Origin: an uncultured delta proteobacterium
GTDB lineage: Bacteria; Desulfobacterota; Binatia; UBA9968
Direction of reading: 5' to 3'
DNA: 43,047 bases
Assembly: GCA_963737905.1 (NCBI GenBank)
Contig: CAVTUQ010000033.1
Span: forward strand, 1-43,047
Shown here: positions 1 to 8,954 of the stretch, piece by piece
How the letters are laid out: each line of letters begins with the position of its first letter
Numbering within the stretch: position 1 is the first letter of the stretch
The notes under the pieces: generated by a model
What the model was told of the DNA's origin: nothing
What the model saw: the letters and a program-made list of their open reading frames with translations, nothing else
Database searches by the model: none
Position numbers and translations under genes: made by a program

Positions 1-12
1 CCGCAGGATCTA

Positions 13-1194
13 ATGTCTGACACGATGACAGCTAAAGGCGCGGAGCTGCTCTCTCGCGCGCGGGAGCTTGTGCCGACGTTTCGCAAGCGAGCAGCCGAAG
101 CGGAAAAATTGAGACGCATTCCGCCGGAAAGCATCGACGAGTTACGCAAGGCCGGCATGTTCCGTACGCTGCAGCCGGCCGTTTTGGGCGGATATGAACT
201 GCCGCTCGACGAAGCCGTCCTGATCACCGCTACAGTGGCAGAAGGATGCGCTTCTACCGGGTGGGTCCAAGGTGTCTATTCGGACCACTGTGCTACGCTC
301 GGGATGTTTGACGGCCAGGCCCAAAAGGACGTCTGGGGCCGATCGCCTGACAGTTTGATCTCCTCCGGTTTTATGCCCACCGGGAAAGTGGTCCGGGTAG
401 ACGGCGGGTACCGGCTAAGTGGACGGTGGTCGTTTTCCAGCGGCTGCGATTATGCCGACTGGGCGTTGGTCCGTAGCTTTGTTCCAGCGGCTGTGGACAC
501 GGACTCGGCCGAGCTTTACATGTTCCTCGTGCCAAGGACAGACTACACGATCATCGATACCTGGTTCGTGATGGGAATGAGCGCCACGGGCAGCAAGGAC
601 TTCCAGCTCAAAGACGAAGTCTTCGTGCCCGAACACCGCGCTTTAAGCCATAAAGATCTCGTGGATGGAACGGGACCGGGCAGTGAGTTCAATGGCGGCG
701 CGTTGTACCGTTTGCCTCGCATGGCAACCGTGCCGTTCTCACTAGCGGCTCCCCTGATTGGTATCGCAGAACGGGCGCTGCAGATCTTCGTGCAGGGCAT
801 GCGGGAGAGGTCGTCCGGCGACCGCAGGGCGGCCCAGGAAGGTGCCATCCACATGCGCGTTGCGAACTCGGCCGCTGAGATTGACGCCGCGCGCGCGTTG
901 ATGCTACGGGACTGCCGCGAGGCGATGGAGATTGTCCAGCGAGGCCAGCGGTTGAGCATCGAACAGCGGGCGCGGAATCGGCGTGATATCGCCTACGTGG
1001 GTTATCTATGCACGCGAGCGCTCGATCGTCTTTTCGCCTCGACCGGTGGGAGGAATATTTATCTAGATAGCGAAGCGCAGCGTTTGCTCCGCGACATTCA
1101 CGCGGCAGGCCAGCATATAGCGCTGAGCTGGGACGTGGCCGGATCGACCTACGGCCGGGTTATGTTCGGACTCCCCCCGGGTCAGGACTTATAA
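13..1194 (+). CDS. Acyl-CoA dehydrogenase-family flavin-dependent monooxygenase, oxygenase subunit (HsaA/C2-like)
   Basis: 393 aa ORF; AEKLRRIP...AGMFRTLQP...GG N-terminus, GYRLSGRWSFSSGCDYADW, WFVMGMSATGSKD and QRLLRDIHAAGQH motifs typical of two-component aromatic hydroxylases. Confidence 0.85.
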   Translation: MSDTMTAKGAELLSRARELVPTFRKRAAEAEKLRRIPPESIDELRKAGMFRTLQPAVLGGYELPLDEAVLITATVAEGCASTGWVQGVYSDHCATLGMFDGQAQKDVWGRSPDSLISSGFMPTGKVVRVDGGYRLSGRWSFSSGCDYADWALVRSFVPAAVDTDSAELYMFLVPRTDYTIIDTWFVMGMSATGSKDFQLKDEVFVPEHRALSHKDLVDGTGPGSEFNGGALYRLPRMATVPFSLAAPLIGIAERALQIFVQGMRERSSGDRRAAQEGAIHMRVANSAAEIDAARALMLRDCREAMEIVQRGQRLSIEQRARNRRDIAYVGYLCTRALDRLFASTGGRNIYLDSEAQRLLRDIHAAGQHIALSWDVAGSTYGRVMFGLPPGQDL

Positions 1195-1287
1195 CCAGAC
1201 AAGTAGTCCGGGTCTTTTCATCTTTGCTCTCAGCTTGCTCGTGGTATAGTGGTCGCTGCAGGGTCTATTGAGAGGAATGAAAATAAA

Positions 1288-1911
1288 GTGAATCAGACGC
1301 GTCTAAGAAGACTGTTAATTCCTGTTTCTGCGGTGGCGCTTCTCTTTGTAATGGGCTGCGCCACCTTGCAAACAGACCAAGATGTTCAAGACGGTCGCAC
1401 TGCTCTCTTGACGGGCCGGCCTGATGACGCTGTGAAATACTTTAGTCGTGCGGCCGAATCGAATCCAAACTACAAGACACCTTACGTTCTTCGTGAAAGC
1501 GTTTGGACCTATCTCGGTCGCGCATATTACGAGACGGGTCAATACCGAGAGGCGCGGACGGCCCTTGATAATGCACTGGCAAGTGACAAGAACGACTATG
1601 TGGCTCGTCTATACCTCGGGATGACGTTGGTGCGTTCCAACGACCAAGATCGCGGTCTCGTTGAAATGGAAACCGCTCTCAAGGGAATTCACGAATGGCT
1701 CGACAATATGGCCTCCGACAGCTCGGTAGGCAACTACTGGGATCCCAATAAGCAAATCCGTAAAAGCATAGAGAGCGGTTTGACCGGAAAACCGGCTGCT
1801 ATCGAGTTGGTCGTGACCGCCCAGCGGGTCGGCAAACAACTCGAAGAGGAGATCAATAGGGCTCAGCGAGATAACGTTCAGTCGTTGTATAATCAAGGAG
1901 GCAGAAATTAA
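1288..1911 (+). CDS. TPR-containing lipoprotein
   Basis: GTG start after a purine-rich RBS; lipobox-like LFVMGC; TPR-like helices (VWTYLGRAYYETGQYREA, ARLYLGMTL). Confidence 0.7.
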   Translation: MNQTRLRRLLIPVSAVALLFVMGCATLQTDQDVQDGRTALLTGRPDDAVKYFSRAAESNPNYKTPYVLRESVWTYLGRAYYETGQYREARTALDNALASDKNDYVARLYLGMTLVRSNDQDRGLVEMETALKGIHEWLDNMASDSSVGNYWDPNKQIRKSIESGLTGKPAAIELVVTAQRVGKQLEEEINRAQRDNVQSLYNQGGRN

Positions 1912-2026
1912 TCGCCGAATTACTGCATACGCCTCACTTCATAGTCTTAACTTGTACGGAGCGAACAGACCGTTGCGTTTCAACTCCATCAACTGCATCC
2001 GTTCGGATCCAGCCCGAATCTTATTC

Positions 2027-2061
2027 GGCACCCGGATACTCAATTTCAAAGGACGTGACAT
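2027..2061 (-). pseudogene. Possible N-terminal stub of a REP-associated tyrosine (RAYT/IS200-like) transposase
   Basis: Minus strand ATG TCA CGT CCT TTG AA ATT GAG TAT CCG GGT GCC reads MSRPL-x-IEYPGA with one base missing, resembling the MSRPLRIEYPGA start of RAYT-like proteins; no continuation. Confidence 0.35.
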
Positions 2062-2142
2062 GACCGCCAATTTATGAACAGCGGCTGTCTTATCCGCTCA
2101 TTCGAGTCCGACAGTTCGCCTACACTGGCAAGCCGCGGCACA

Positions 2143-3120
2143 CTAACGCGATCGAGCAGGAGCGCCCGGCGGCGGGGGCTTGAAACGATAGTTGGCGTCG
2201 AGGTTCAGCTTTGGCGCGATAGTGTTGCTGAGGACGCCGATCCCTTCGACCTCGATCTCCACGACGTCCCCCGGTTCGAGATAGCGCGCTGGGAATCCGT
2301 TGCGTATCGCCTCGCCGATCGACCCGCCGGTGACCGTGCCCCCACCAAGCACGTCGCCAGGAACTATTCGGCTGTCCCGCGAGGCGCGCTCGATCATTGC
2401 ACTCCAGCCGTGATACATGATGCCGGCGTTGTTCTCCATCCACTGGACGCCATTTACTTTCAACGTGCAGCGCACGTGCAGCCGGCCGTCGCGGATAAAG
2501 GATGCCAGCTCATCTGTCGTCACGATCCAGGGGCCCAGCGAGCTCGCCGAGTCCTTCCCTTTGGCGGGTCCGAGGCGCGCTTCCATTTCGTCGCGCTGGA
2601 GGTCGCGACAGCTCCAGTCGTTAAAGATAGTAAAGCCGGCAATGTACGAGAAAGCGTCCGCCTCGGGGACGTTGCTGGCTTCCCGGCCGATGACCGCAGC
2701 CAGCTCCAGCTCGTAATCGAGCTGCCGCGAAGCGGATGGGTAGGGAATGGCGTCCTGTGGACCGAAAATGCAAAGCGGGTTGGAGAAGTAGAAAATCGGC
2801 AGCCGATACCAGGCGTCGGAGAGTTGTCGCGTGCCTGCTGCGCTGGCATGTCCCTCGTAAACCATGAAGTCCCGCACCGTTGGCGGCTGCAAGATCGGCG
2901 CCCGCAGGCGAACCCTGTCCAGCGGTACACCCTGCAGAGCGCGCCCTGAACCCAGGGCTGACTTCAGCCGAATTAACGGGTCGCTTGGCAGTTCCAGCAG
3001 GGCGCGGATATCGCGTAGCCCGCCCTGCTCTCCAAGCAAAGTTGCAACCTCCAGTACTTGATCGTCAACGACAACGCCCGCGCGCGGTACGTTGTCCGAC
3101 TCGTAAGTAACCAGCTTCAT
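2143..3120 (-). CDS. Fumarylacetoacetate hydrolase family protein
   Basis: 325 aa; RDFMVYEGH, LDYELELAAVIG, FTIFNDWSCRDLQ, GPAKGKD, PGDVLGGGT motifs. Confidence 0.9.
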   Translation of the reverse strand: MKLVTYESDNVPRAGVVVDDQVLEVATLLGEQGGLRDIRALLELPSDPLIRLKSALGSGRALQGVPLDRVRLRAPILQPPTVRDFMVYEGHASAAGTRQLSDAWYRLPIFYFSNPLCIFGPQDAIPYPSASRQLDYELELAAVIGREASNVPEADAFSYIAGFTIFNDWSCRDLQRDEMEARLGPAKGKDSASSLGPWIVTTDELASFIRDGRLHVRCTLKVNGVQWMENNAGIMYHGWSAMIERASRDSRIVPGDVLGGGTVTGGSIGEAIRNGFPARYLEPGDVVEIEVEGIGVLSNTIAPKLNLDANYRFKPPPPGAPARSR

Positions 3121-3336
3121 ATTTCGCGTAAATTAGGGCAGCTTTACCGGAAAGGCAACAGAACGGAGAAAGGCGGGAACAGGGGGCGAGCAAAAACCTG
3201 GAGTTGAATAGTTGCTCCAGCTTTACCCTATGTCATGTGACCCTGCAGCAGGTGAAAACCTAAACAACTCCAGCCCGCAAGACCTGCCACGTTTTACCGT
3301 GAAACTCTCAGGTGTTGCCCAATGCATTCAATCTGA

Positions 3337-4170
3337 TCACATTATTGTGAGTGACGAGGGCGCCTGCGGCACGGGTCGGCTAAATGTCGCGGTGACCGAT
3401 TTCGCTGCGTTCATGGTCACTGTACATGTTCCAGTCCCTGTGCACGCTCCGCTCCAACCGGTAAAGGTGGAGCCGGCGGCGGCTGTGGCCGTAAGCGTCA
3501 CCGACGCGCCGCTTGCATAAGATTCCGAGCAGTCAGCGCCACAGTTGATCCCTGCCGGTGAGCTAGTTACGGTGCCGCTCCCGGTACCAGATGTATTTGT
3601 CGTAAGCGCAAAGGTCTGCAAACCAAATGTCGCGGTGACCGATTTCGCTGCGTTCATGGTCACTGTACATGCCCCAGTCCCTGTGCACGCTCCGCTCCAA
3701 CCGGTAAAGGCGGAGCCGGCGGCGGCTGTGGCCGTAAGTGTCACCGATGCGCCGCCTGCATAAGATTCCGAGCAGTCAGCGCCACAATTGATCCCTGCCG
3801 GTGAACTAGTTACGGTGCCGTTGCCACTCGCGGCCACAGTGAGAGTGGCCGTTGTGGTGGCACAAACCACATTGGTGTATCCCGAGTTTCCGGATGCGTT
3901 AAAAGCGCGTACGCGATAGCAAAAGGTGGTCGCGTCCGCTAACCCTGAATCCGTATAGGAATTGGTGTTAGGGGGCACTGTTCCAATCTGAGTAAACGGC
4001 CCAGCGGTTGCCGGGCCGCGCTCGATTTTGAAACCATCTTCGTTGTTGGAATTATCCGCCCAGCTCAGACCGAACTGCCCGGCGCTGCTTTCTCCATACC
4101 AGATCATCACAGCAAGAAGCACTGCGCAAACTCCAAAGCCGCGTTCCAATAGCTTATGAAGTAAACTCAT
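3337..4170 (-). CDS. Secreted protein with a fibronectin type III domain and two InlB B-repeat-like (bacterial repeat) domains
   Basis: Signal peptide; LSWADNSNNEDGFKIER...YRVRAFN FN3 signature; two GTVTSSPAGINCGADCSESY...FTGWSGACTGTG.CTVTMNAAKSVTATF repeats; RBS GGAGG upstream. Confidence 0.85.
   Translation of the reverse strand: MSLLHKLLERGFGVCAVLLAVMIWYGESSAGQFGLSWADNSNNEDGFKIERGPATAGPFTQIGTVPPNTNSYTDSGLADATTFCYRVRAFNASGNSGYTNVVCATTTATLTVAASGNGTVTSSPAGINCGADCSESYAGGASVTLTATAAAGSAFTGWSGACTGTGACTVTMNAAKSVTATFGLQTFALTTNTSGTGSGTVTSSPAGINCGADCSESYASGASVTLTATAAAGSTFTGWSGACTGTGTCTVTMNAAKSVTATFSRPVPQAPSSLTIM
3382..3820. repeat. Intragenic direct repeat, 196 bp units at 3382-3577 and 3625-3820 (period 243 bp)
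   Basis: About 8 mismatches over 196 bp by eye; encodes the two repeat domains. Confidence 0.9.
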
Positions 4171-4339
4171 CTCTTACCTCCTCCGGCTGCTCAGCGTTGG
4201 CCGAGCGCCGAGAAAAACTCATAAAAAAGGGAAACGGAGCGGTGGTGCACCAGTGCCTGTTCCTGCAAGACCCTCGTGCCGACCAAGCTCTCAGGGATCT
4301 TGGTTTTTTAGAGACCTTCCGCCGGGATTTTTTGAGGCC

Positions 4340-4355
4340 GCAACTCCCATGCCAA
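4340..4355 (-). promoter_or_regulatory. Sigma54 (-24/-12) promoter for the FN3/repeat protein gene
   Basis: Minus strand TTGGCATGGGAGTTGC: GG-N10-GC matching TGGCAC-N5-TTGC, 170 bp upstream of the ATG at 4170, with AT-rich DNA further upstream. Confidence 0.7.
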
Positions 4356-4783
4356 TTCGTAAAGTTGAAAAAGGAAACCCTAATTTACTCAGAACACACC
4401 ACAAGGCATTTTCTTTTCCATCGTGCAGAAATCGCTCGTGACCAAAACTGCATATAAAAAGCAGAAAGTCGCGCAGGCAACTAATCGGTCTTCCGTGAAT
4501 TTAGGCTGCAATTCTTTGAGGGAGACGACCGAGAGGAAAAAATAGGATTGGAGAGGAAAAATAGCTGCGGCTAAGTAAAGTGAAGACACGTTTGCGGCAT
4601 CAATGGATTCTCAGCTTCGCCGCACCATCACGCATCTGGAATCGATACCCGATAGCCTCTGTATCCTAGCTTAATCCGCATGCCTCCAAGCGGTTGTGGT
4701 CAAAGTAACTCAGAATACTCGGAGTCTCCTACGGTGTCAGATATTTCAGCCGGTAACGCCGGCCAAAAAAAGGATCGAGACGA

Positions 4784-4825
4784 TTTCAAAACCGAGCTGG
4801 ACATTTTCTCCCGCTTAGGGTAATC
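4784..4825 (+). repeat. 42-bp promoter-like repeat, copy 1 (copy 2 at 13327-13368)
   Basis: TTTCAAAACCGAGCTGGACATTTTCTCCCGCTTAGGGTAATC, 39/42 identical to copy 2; both lie upstream of + strand genes and are followed by AAATGAGCGA. Confidence 0.75.
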
Positions 4826-4887
4826 CGAGCATAACGTGATTCTGAAATGAGCGACCCGCCCCGATTCGGCAAGTAAGCGAGGTTAAG

Positions 4888-5799
4888 ATGAGCGAAGTAA
4901 GTGTGCAGGGCACGGAACATTGGACGCGCAAAGGCGACGTGCGGCTATTCCTGTGGCGGAAGAGCGCCGTCGCGCCGCGTGATGCAAAGGGGACGATTCT
5001 GTTCGTCCACGGTTCGTCGATGGCGTCGCAGCCGACGTTCGACCTGCAGGTGCCCGGCCGGCCCGATTCATCGGCGATGGATTGGTTTGCGGCGAGCGGC
5101 TTCGACACCTGGTGTATGGACAATGAGGGCTACGGACGCTCGGACAAGCGCCGCCCGATCAACTGCGACATCCCGAACGGCGCCGACGACCTCGCAGCGG
5201 GTACCGAATACATCTTGCAGACGACCGGCGCGTCAAATCTCCTGGTCTACGGTATCTCTTCGGGCGCGCTGAAAGCTGCGCTCTTCGCCGCGCGACATCC
5301 GCAGCGGGTCGCGCGTCTCGCCCTCGACGCCTTCGTGTGGACCGGCGAGGGTAGCCCGACCTTGGCCGAGCGGCGGAAAAGGCTGCCCGAGTTTCAATCA
5401 AAGCACCGCCGCCCGATCGACCGCGCCTTTGTACACAGCATTTTCGATCGCGACCATCCGGGCACAGCGGACGAGGCAACGATCCATGCCTTCGCGGACG
5501 CGATCCTCGCGCTCGATGACTCGGTGCCGACCGGGACTTACGTCGACATGTGCTCAAAACTGCCGCTAGTCGACCCGGCGAAAATCACCGCGCCCACGAT
5601 CATTATGCGCGGACAGTTCGACGGCATCGCCGGATTCGATGATCTCATCGAATTCTTCAAGCGGCTGCCGAATCCGGACAAGCAGTTCACGGTGATGGCT
5701 GGCATCGCGCACGCGAGCTTCCAGCAGAAAAACTACCTCAGTGTCTACCACATATTGCACGCGTTCTTCACCCAGCCTGAGCCGGTGTACCGCGGGTAG
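4888..5799 (+). CDS. Alpha/beta fold hydrolase
   Basis: ILFVHGSS, DNEGYGRS, nucleophile elbow YGISSG, MRGQFDGIA and GIAHAS (Ser-Asp-His triad pattern). Confidence 0.85.
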   Translation: MSEVSVQGTEHWTRKGDVRLFLWRKSAVAPRDAKGTILFVHGSSMASQPTFDLQVPGRPDSSAMDWFAASGFDTWCMDNEGYGRSDKRRPINCDIPNGADDLAAGTEYILQTTGASNLLVYGISSGALKAALFAARHPQRVARLALDAFVWTGEGSPTLAERRKRLPEFQSKHRRPIDRAFVHSIFDRDHPGTADEATIHAFADAILALDDSVPTGTYVDMCSKLPLVDPAKITAPTIIMRGQFDGIAGFDDLIEFFKRLPNPDKQFTVMAGIAHASFQQKNYLSVYHILHAFFTQPEPVYRG

Positions 5800-5831
5800 C
5801 AGGCTCTTCAGAACAGATCGGACAAACTGTA

Positions 5832-5906
5832 TCTCGCGCAAAGCATGTCCTGAGCCCTTCGACTATGCTCAGGGTAAACGCCGAAGGGGCGCAAAACACG
5901 CCAAGT
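5832..5906. repeat. Nested REP-like palindromic repeat (CCTGAGC-CCTTCGACTATGCTCAGG inside a CGCAAAG-type repeat)
   Basis: CCTGAGC...GCTCAGG hairpin and CCCTTCG...CGAAGGG pairing, flanked by CGCGCAAAG / GCGCAAAACACGCCAAG units, between convergent genes. Confidence 0.65.
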
Positions 5907-5999
5907 TCGGAGAAATGAGAAAATATTTTTAGTTAGACTTCGACTTTGAAAACGATTAGGTCCGATGCAACGGATTGCCCGGCGTCAAACAGCTTCGTT

Positions 6000-6935
6000 T
6001 CAGATCAGCCCCGAGATTCCTTTACCGCGATAGATCACCAGATGATCCTGCAGCTGTACCAATGGCAGGCCGCGGCTCCACAGCTCCCCATACACCCACT
6101 CGATCACTTCACGCTGCTGCGCCTCGCTGAACTGGTGAACGTTCGGATGCAGTAAGATCATCCACACCACCGCCATAAAGATCTCGAAGTCTTCGACAAA
6201 GAAGTCGACCCGGCTCGACCTGCTCAATATCTGCGCGTCGGCAAAGCGCGGGTCGGCGCTCAGTTCCTCGGCGCACGCCTTGAGATCCTGATCGTTGTGG
6301 CAGCCGAAGAACCGGTCAGCGAAATGATTATACAGCCACGTCGTGCTCGCCGGGTCGTCGCTGCGACTTGCCATCAGCACGGCGTGGATCGCCCCGGACG
6401 GCCCTGGGGCTGGCTCGGTCGCCAGCAGGTGCTCGTAGAGATTTGCCAAAAGATCGCCCCAGAAGCTCCTGGGACTGTAGTAGAGCGAGTGATGGAGCGT
6501 GATCAGCGTCACGCGCCGGCCATCGAGATGCTCGCTACGGAAGCACAGCACCGACTCCGCGTCGCGCAGTGCCTCGTGGTAGTTGCCGTGGATGACGCGG
6601 ACCTGGTGGGTGTTCTGTCGCTGGATGCGCTCCTCGACCACGGCCAGTGCAGCGTCTTCGATGTCCAGCAGGTAGAGCCCGCCGCGGAAGGCCGATTCCA
6701 AGATACGGAACTGCGGCTCGTTACTGGAGCCGATCGACAGCGCTCTCAGCGGCTCATCTAGCGGCAGCGCTTTGTTAAGCGTGCGGAGCACGCGAGCCAG
6801 AGCGCCAGCGATATCCACTTTATCGTTGCTGTAGCGCGACCAGACCTTATCCTGGTGATACATGTGGCTGCCCGCGGCGCGCAGCCCGAGCCGCGTTCGT
6901 TCCTCGACCGACAGCAGGGGCATCGCTCGAAGCAT
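6000..6935 (-). CDS. Putative class I SAM-dependent methyltransferase
   Basis: 311 aa, strong RBS AGGAGG; LRALSIGSS (motif I-like), LYLLDIE (acidic motif II), ITLHHSLYY (motif IV-like). Confidence 0.6.
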   Translation of the reverse strand: MLRAMPLLSVEERTRLGLRAAGSHMYHQDKVWSRYSNDKVDIAGALARVLRTLNKALPLDEPLRALSIGSSNEPQFRILESAFRGGLYLLDIEDAALAVVEERIQRQNTHQVRVIHGNYHEALRDAESVLCFRSEHLDGRRVTLITLHHSLYYSPRSFWGDLLANLYEHLLATEPAPGPSGAIHAVLMASRSDDPASTTWLYNHFADRFFGCHNDQDLKACAEELSADPRFADAQILSRSSRVDFFVEDFEIFMAVVWMILLHPNVHQFSEAQQREVIEWVYGELWSRGLPLVQLQDHLVIYRGKGISGLI

Positions 6936-6971
6936 GAGATTCCTCCTCTCAGAAGCTGTTTGGGATCCGGC

Positions 6972-7009
6972 GTAAGATTAGTTCGCTGGAGAATTCAGTT
7001 CAATCCTAG
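6972..7009. repeat. ~72-bp TIR element, copy A (right part only)
   Basis: AAGATTAGTTCGCTGGAGAATTCAGTTCAATCCTAG matches the right halves of the copies at 8151, 8865 and 11515. Confidence 0.65.
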
Positions 7010-7038
7010 CGTGCTTATCGGCTTGGCTTTGAAAATCG

Positions 7039-8041
7039 TCACTTGATCAGCTTTACTCTGCCCGCGGCGCAGCACGTCCGGCGGAATTGTCAGGCCGATC
7101 TGCTTAGCTGTCTTCAGATTAATCACAAACTCAAACTTCGTCGGCTGCTCCACTGGCAGATCGGCGGGCTTGGCGCCTTTCAGAATTTTATCCACATAAT
7201 TGGCGGCGCGCCGGTTGCTGTCTGCGAGGTCTGCGCCGTAGTACATGAGAGCACCGGCTTCAATACCGCTGGGTCGCGGATACACCGACGGTAGACGGTT
7301 CTTTACCGCAAAGTTCTGCGATCTGTTTTTGATTGGCATTATGGCGGGCTCCCCGCTACATAGAGTCCGTCCGGGCGCCCCTTGCTTGCGGCAGCGAAAT
7401 GCAGTGTCAAAATCCGGCCGCATCTCGCACATCCAAGTATTGAAGCAGCCAACTTTAGGTGCGGGCCGCGCTTGGAAGGTCTTCTTTCACCTCGACTACA
7501 TTGGCTGGAGTGGCCGGCTCGAAGATAACGGCGACGCGGGAAGTTTGGGAATGATTTCTTTCAGAAGCTCCAGTCGCTTGCCGCTTAGTTTCCGGGGCAA
7601 GGGTTGAGAGGCCGGTGATATTTCCGCCAGGTCGCGCAAGGCTGGCGACGAGGCCTGCTCGACAGGATCGTTTCCAGCGCACCATAACAATGGGAATCGT
7701 ACTTGGTGGCATTCTTGGCGGCACTGATCAGTAACGGATCCCACCGCTACGACGATGATATCTATTTTGAGACGCACTAACTCGGTCGCAAGCTCGGGGT
7801 ACCGATCGATCTTCCCCTCGCCATATCGGTACTCGATCACAATGTTCTTTCCCTCTATGTAGCCAAGCTCGCGCAGCCCCTGCCGGAATCCCTCGGTGCG
7901 AGCGGAGACATTGAGCTGGATAAGACCGACCGATAGGTATCCTATCCGAGGGACTTTCTTTGCCTGCTGCGCCTCGGCTATGACCGCAACGGCAAGCAAT
8001 ACCACTACAACAAGTATTGATGACACCGCAGCCTTCTTCAT
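7039..8041 (-). pseudogene. ABC transporter substrate-binding protein (ABC_sub_bind-type), multiply frameshifted, copy 1
   Basis: Fragments in several frames: MKKAAVSS...[84 protein letters not shown]. Confidence 0.85.
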
Positions 8042-8119
8042 TGCGCACCTCGTTTCGAGCGTTATCTATCACGCGGATAGAGATAAAGGAAAGTGTGATT
8101 TACGGCGGAAGGCGACAGG
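7931..8119. repeat. ~190-bp direct repeat (SBP 5' end plus leader), copy 1; copy 2 at 13110-13301
   Basis: Includes a 43-bp identical non-coding core (8060-8102 = 13240-13282) CGTTATCTATCACGCGGATAGAGATAAAGGAAAGTGTGATTTA. Confidence 0.85.
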
Positions 8120-8150
8120 GATTCGTCAAGCCGGAAGGCCAGATTCACCC

Positions 8151-8224
8151 TGAGATTGAACTGATCGACGCAACAGTCGCGTCTTGTAGGATTTAAGTCG
8201 ATGGAGAATTCAAATTCAATCAGG
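8151..8224. repeat. ~72-bp TIR element, copy B
   Basis: GATTGAACTGATCGACGC...AGGATTTAAGTCGATGGAGAATTCAAATTCAATC, with degenerate terminal inverted repeats. Confidence 0.65.
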
Positions 8225-8296
8225 TCTTAACGTTCGAGGTAACCGGGAAGTTAGCCCTCGCACCCGTGACAACGTCGAAGTCTCCGTCTGACTGTA

Positions 8297-8692
8297 TCAG
8301 AGAAGCTCCTTTGGTATGTTGCCTCCGTTCTCTGCGAGCTTCTGAAGGACGGTCTTATGCAACCACATGTTCATTTGCGCAGAATCGCCCATCTTATCCT
8401 TGGGACATCCGAGTTCGGTCGCAAGCTCCTTTCTCGACTCGAGGCTGCTATCCAGGTTGAGGAGCTTGAGCAGATCCACAATTGACGTTTTCCAGTTGAG
8501 CTTCTGCGGGTTCGATGCGGCCAGACTCTCAAGCTTCCCGACGACATCGACCGCCGAGATGGCCACCACAACAGGTTTCTCAACCGGGGCTGCCTGCGGG
8601 GTGGAAGTAGGGGCAGGAGCGGGCGTCGGCTTACTCGGTGCTGCTTGTTGACCAAACCCTAGCTTCTCAAGGATTGAGCTGAATAGACCCAT
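8297..8692 (-). CDS. DUF3597 domain protein
   Basis: MGLFSSILEKLG, Pro/Ala linker, KLNWKTSIVDLLKLLNLDSSLESRKELATELG...MNMWLHK...LAENGGNIP; RBS AAGGAG. Confidence 0.85.
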   Translation of the reverse strand: MGLFSSILEKLGFGQQAAPSKPTPAPAPTSTPQAAPVEKPVVVAISAVDVVGKLESLAASNPQKLNWKTSIVDLLKLLNLDSSLESRKELATELGCPKDKMGDSAQMNMWLHKTVLQKLAENGGNIPKELL

Positions 8693-8864
8693 TGTCGGAC
8701 TCCTTTCAGTAGTGCGAGGGGGATGGGCAAACGCTGAAAGCGTGAGTACCGTACACCCCATGACAACATTGCTTAACGGACGGCTAATAACAAAAATATC
8801 CCCGGTAGCAAGACTTGTCAAGATACTCGCAGTATATTCATGATAAAAAAACCTCCGCATGCCA

Positions 8865-8934
8865 CAGGATTGGATCGACGCTTCAGATGAAATTCAAAAG
8901 GATTATCTCGACGGAGAATACCGGTTCAATCCTG
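8865..8934. repeat. ~72-bp TIR element, copy C
   Basis: CAGGATTGGATCGACGCTTCAG...AGGATTATCTCGACGGAGAATACCGGTTCAATCCTG; ends CAGGATTG / CAATCCTG are inverted. Confidence 0.65.
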
Positions 8935-8954
8935 AGGCCGGTTGGGCTTGAACG

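Noticed and set aside
2074-2949. 291-aa + strand ORF and similar long antisense ORFs (e.g. 26445-27464, 39272-40312)
   Set aside because: They overlap well-supported genes on the opposite strand; typical high-GC shadow frames
3301-3312. GAAACTCTCAGG, resembling the glycine riboswitch 3' motif
   Set aside because: The upstream CCGAAG element is missing and the orientation is opposite to both neighbouring genes
4749-4772. GCCGG hairpin next to an A-run as an intrinsic terminator
   Set aside because: The U-tract would precede the hairpin on the minus strand and is absent after it on the plus strand
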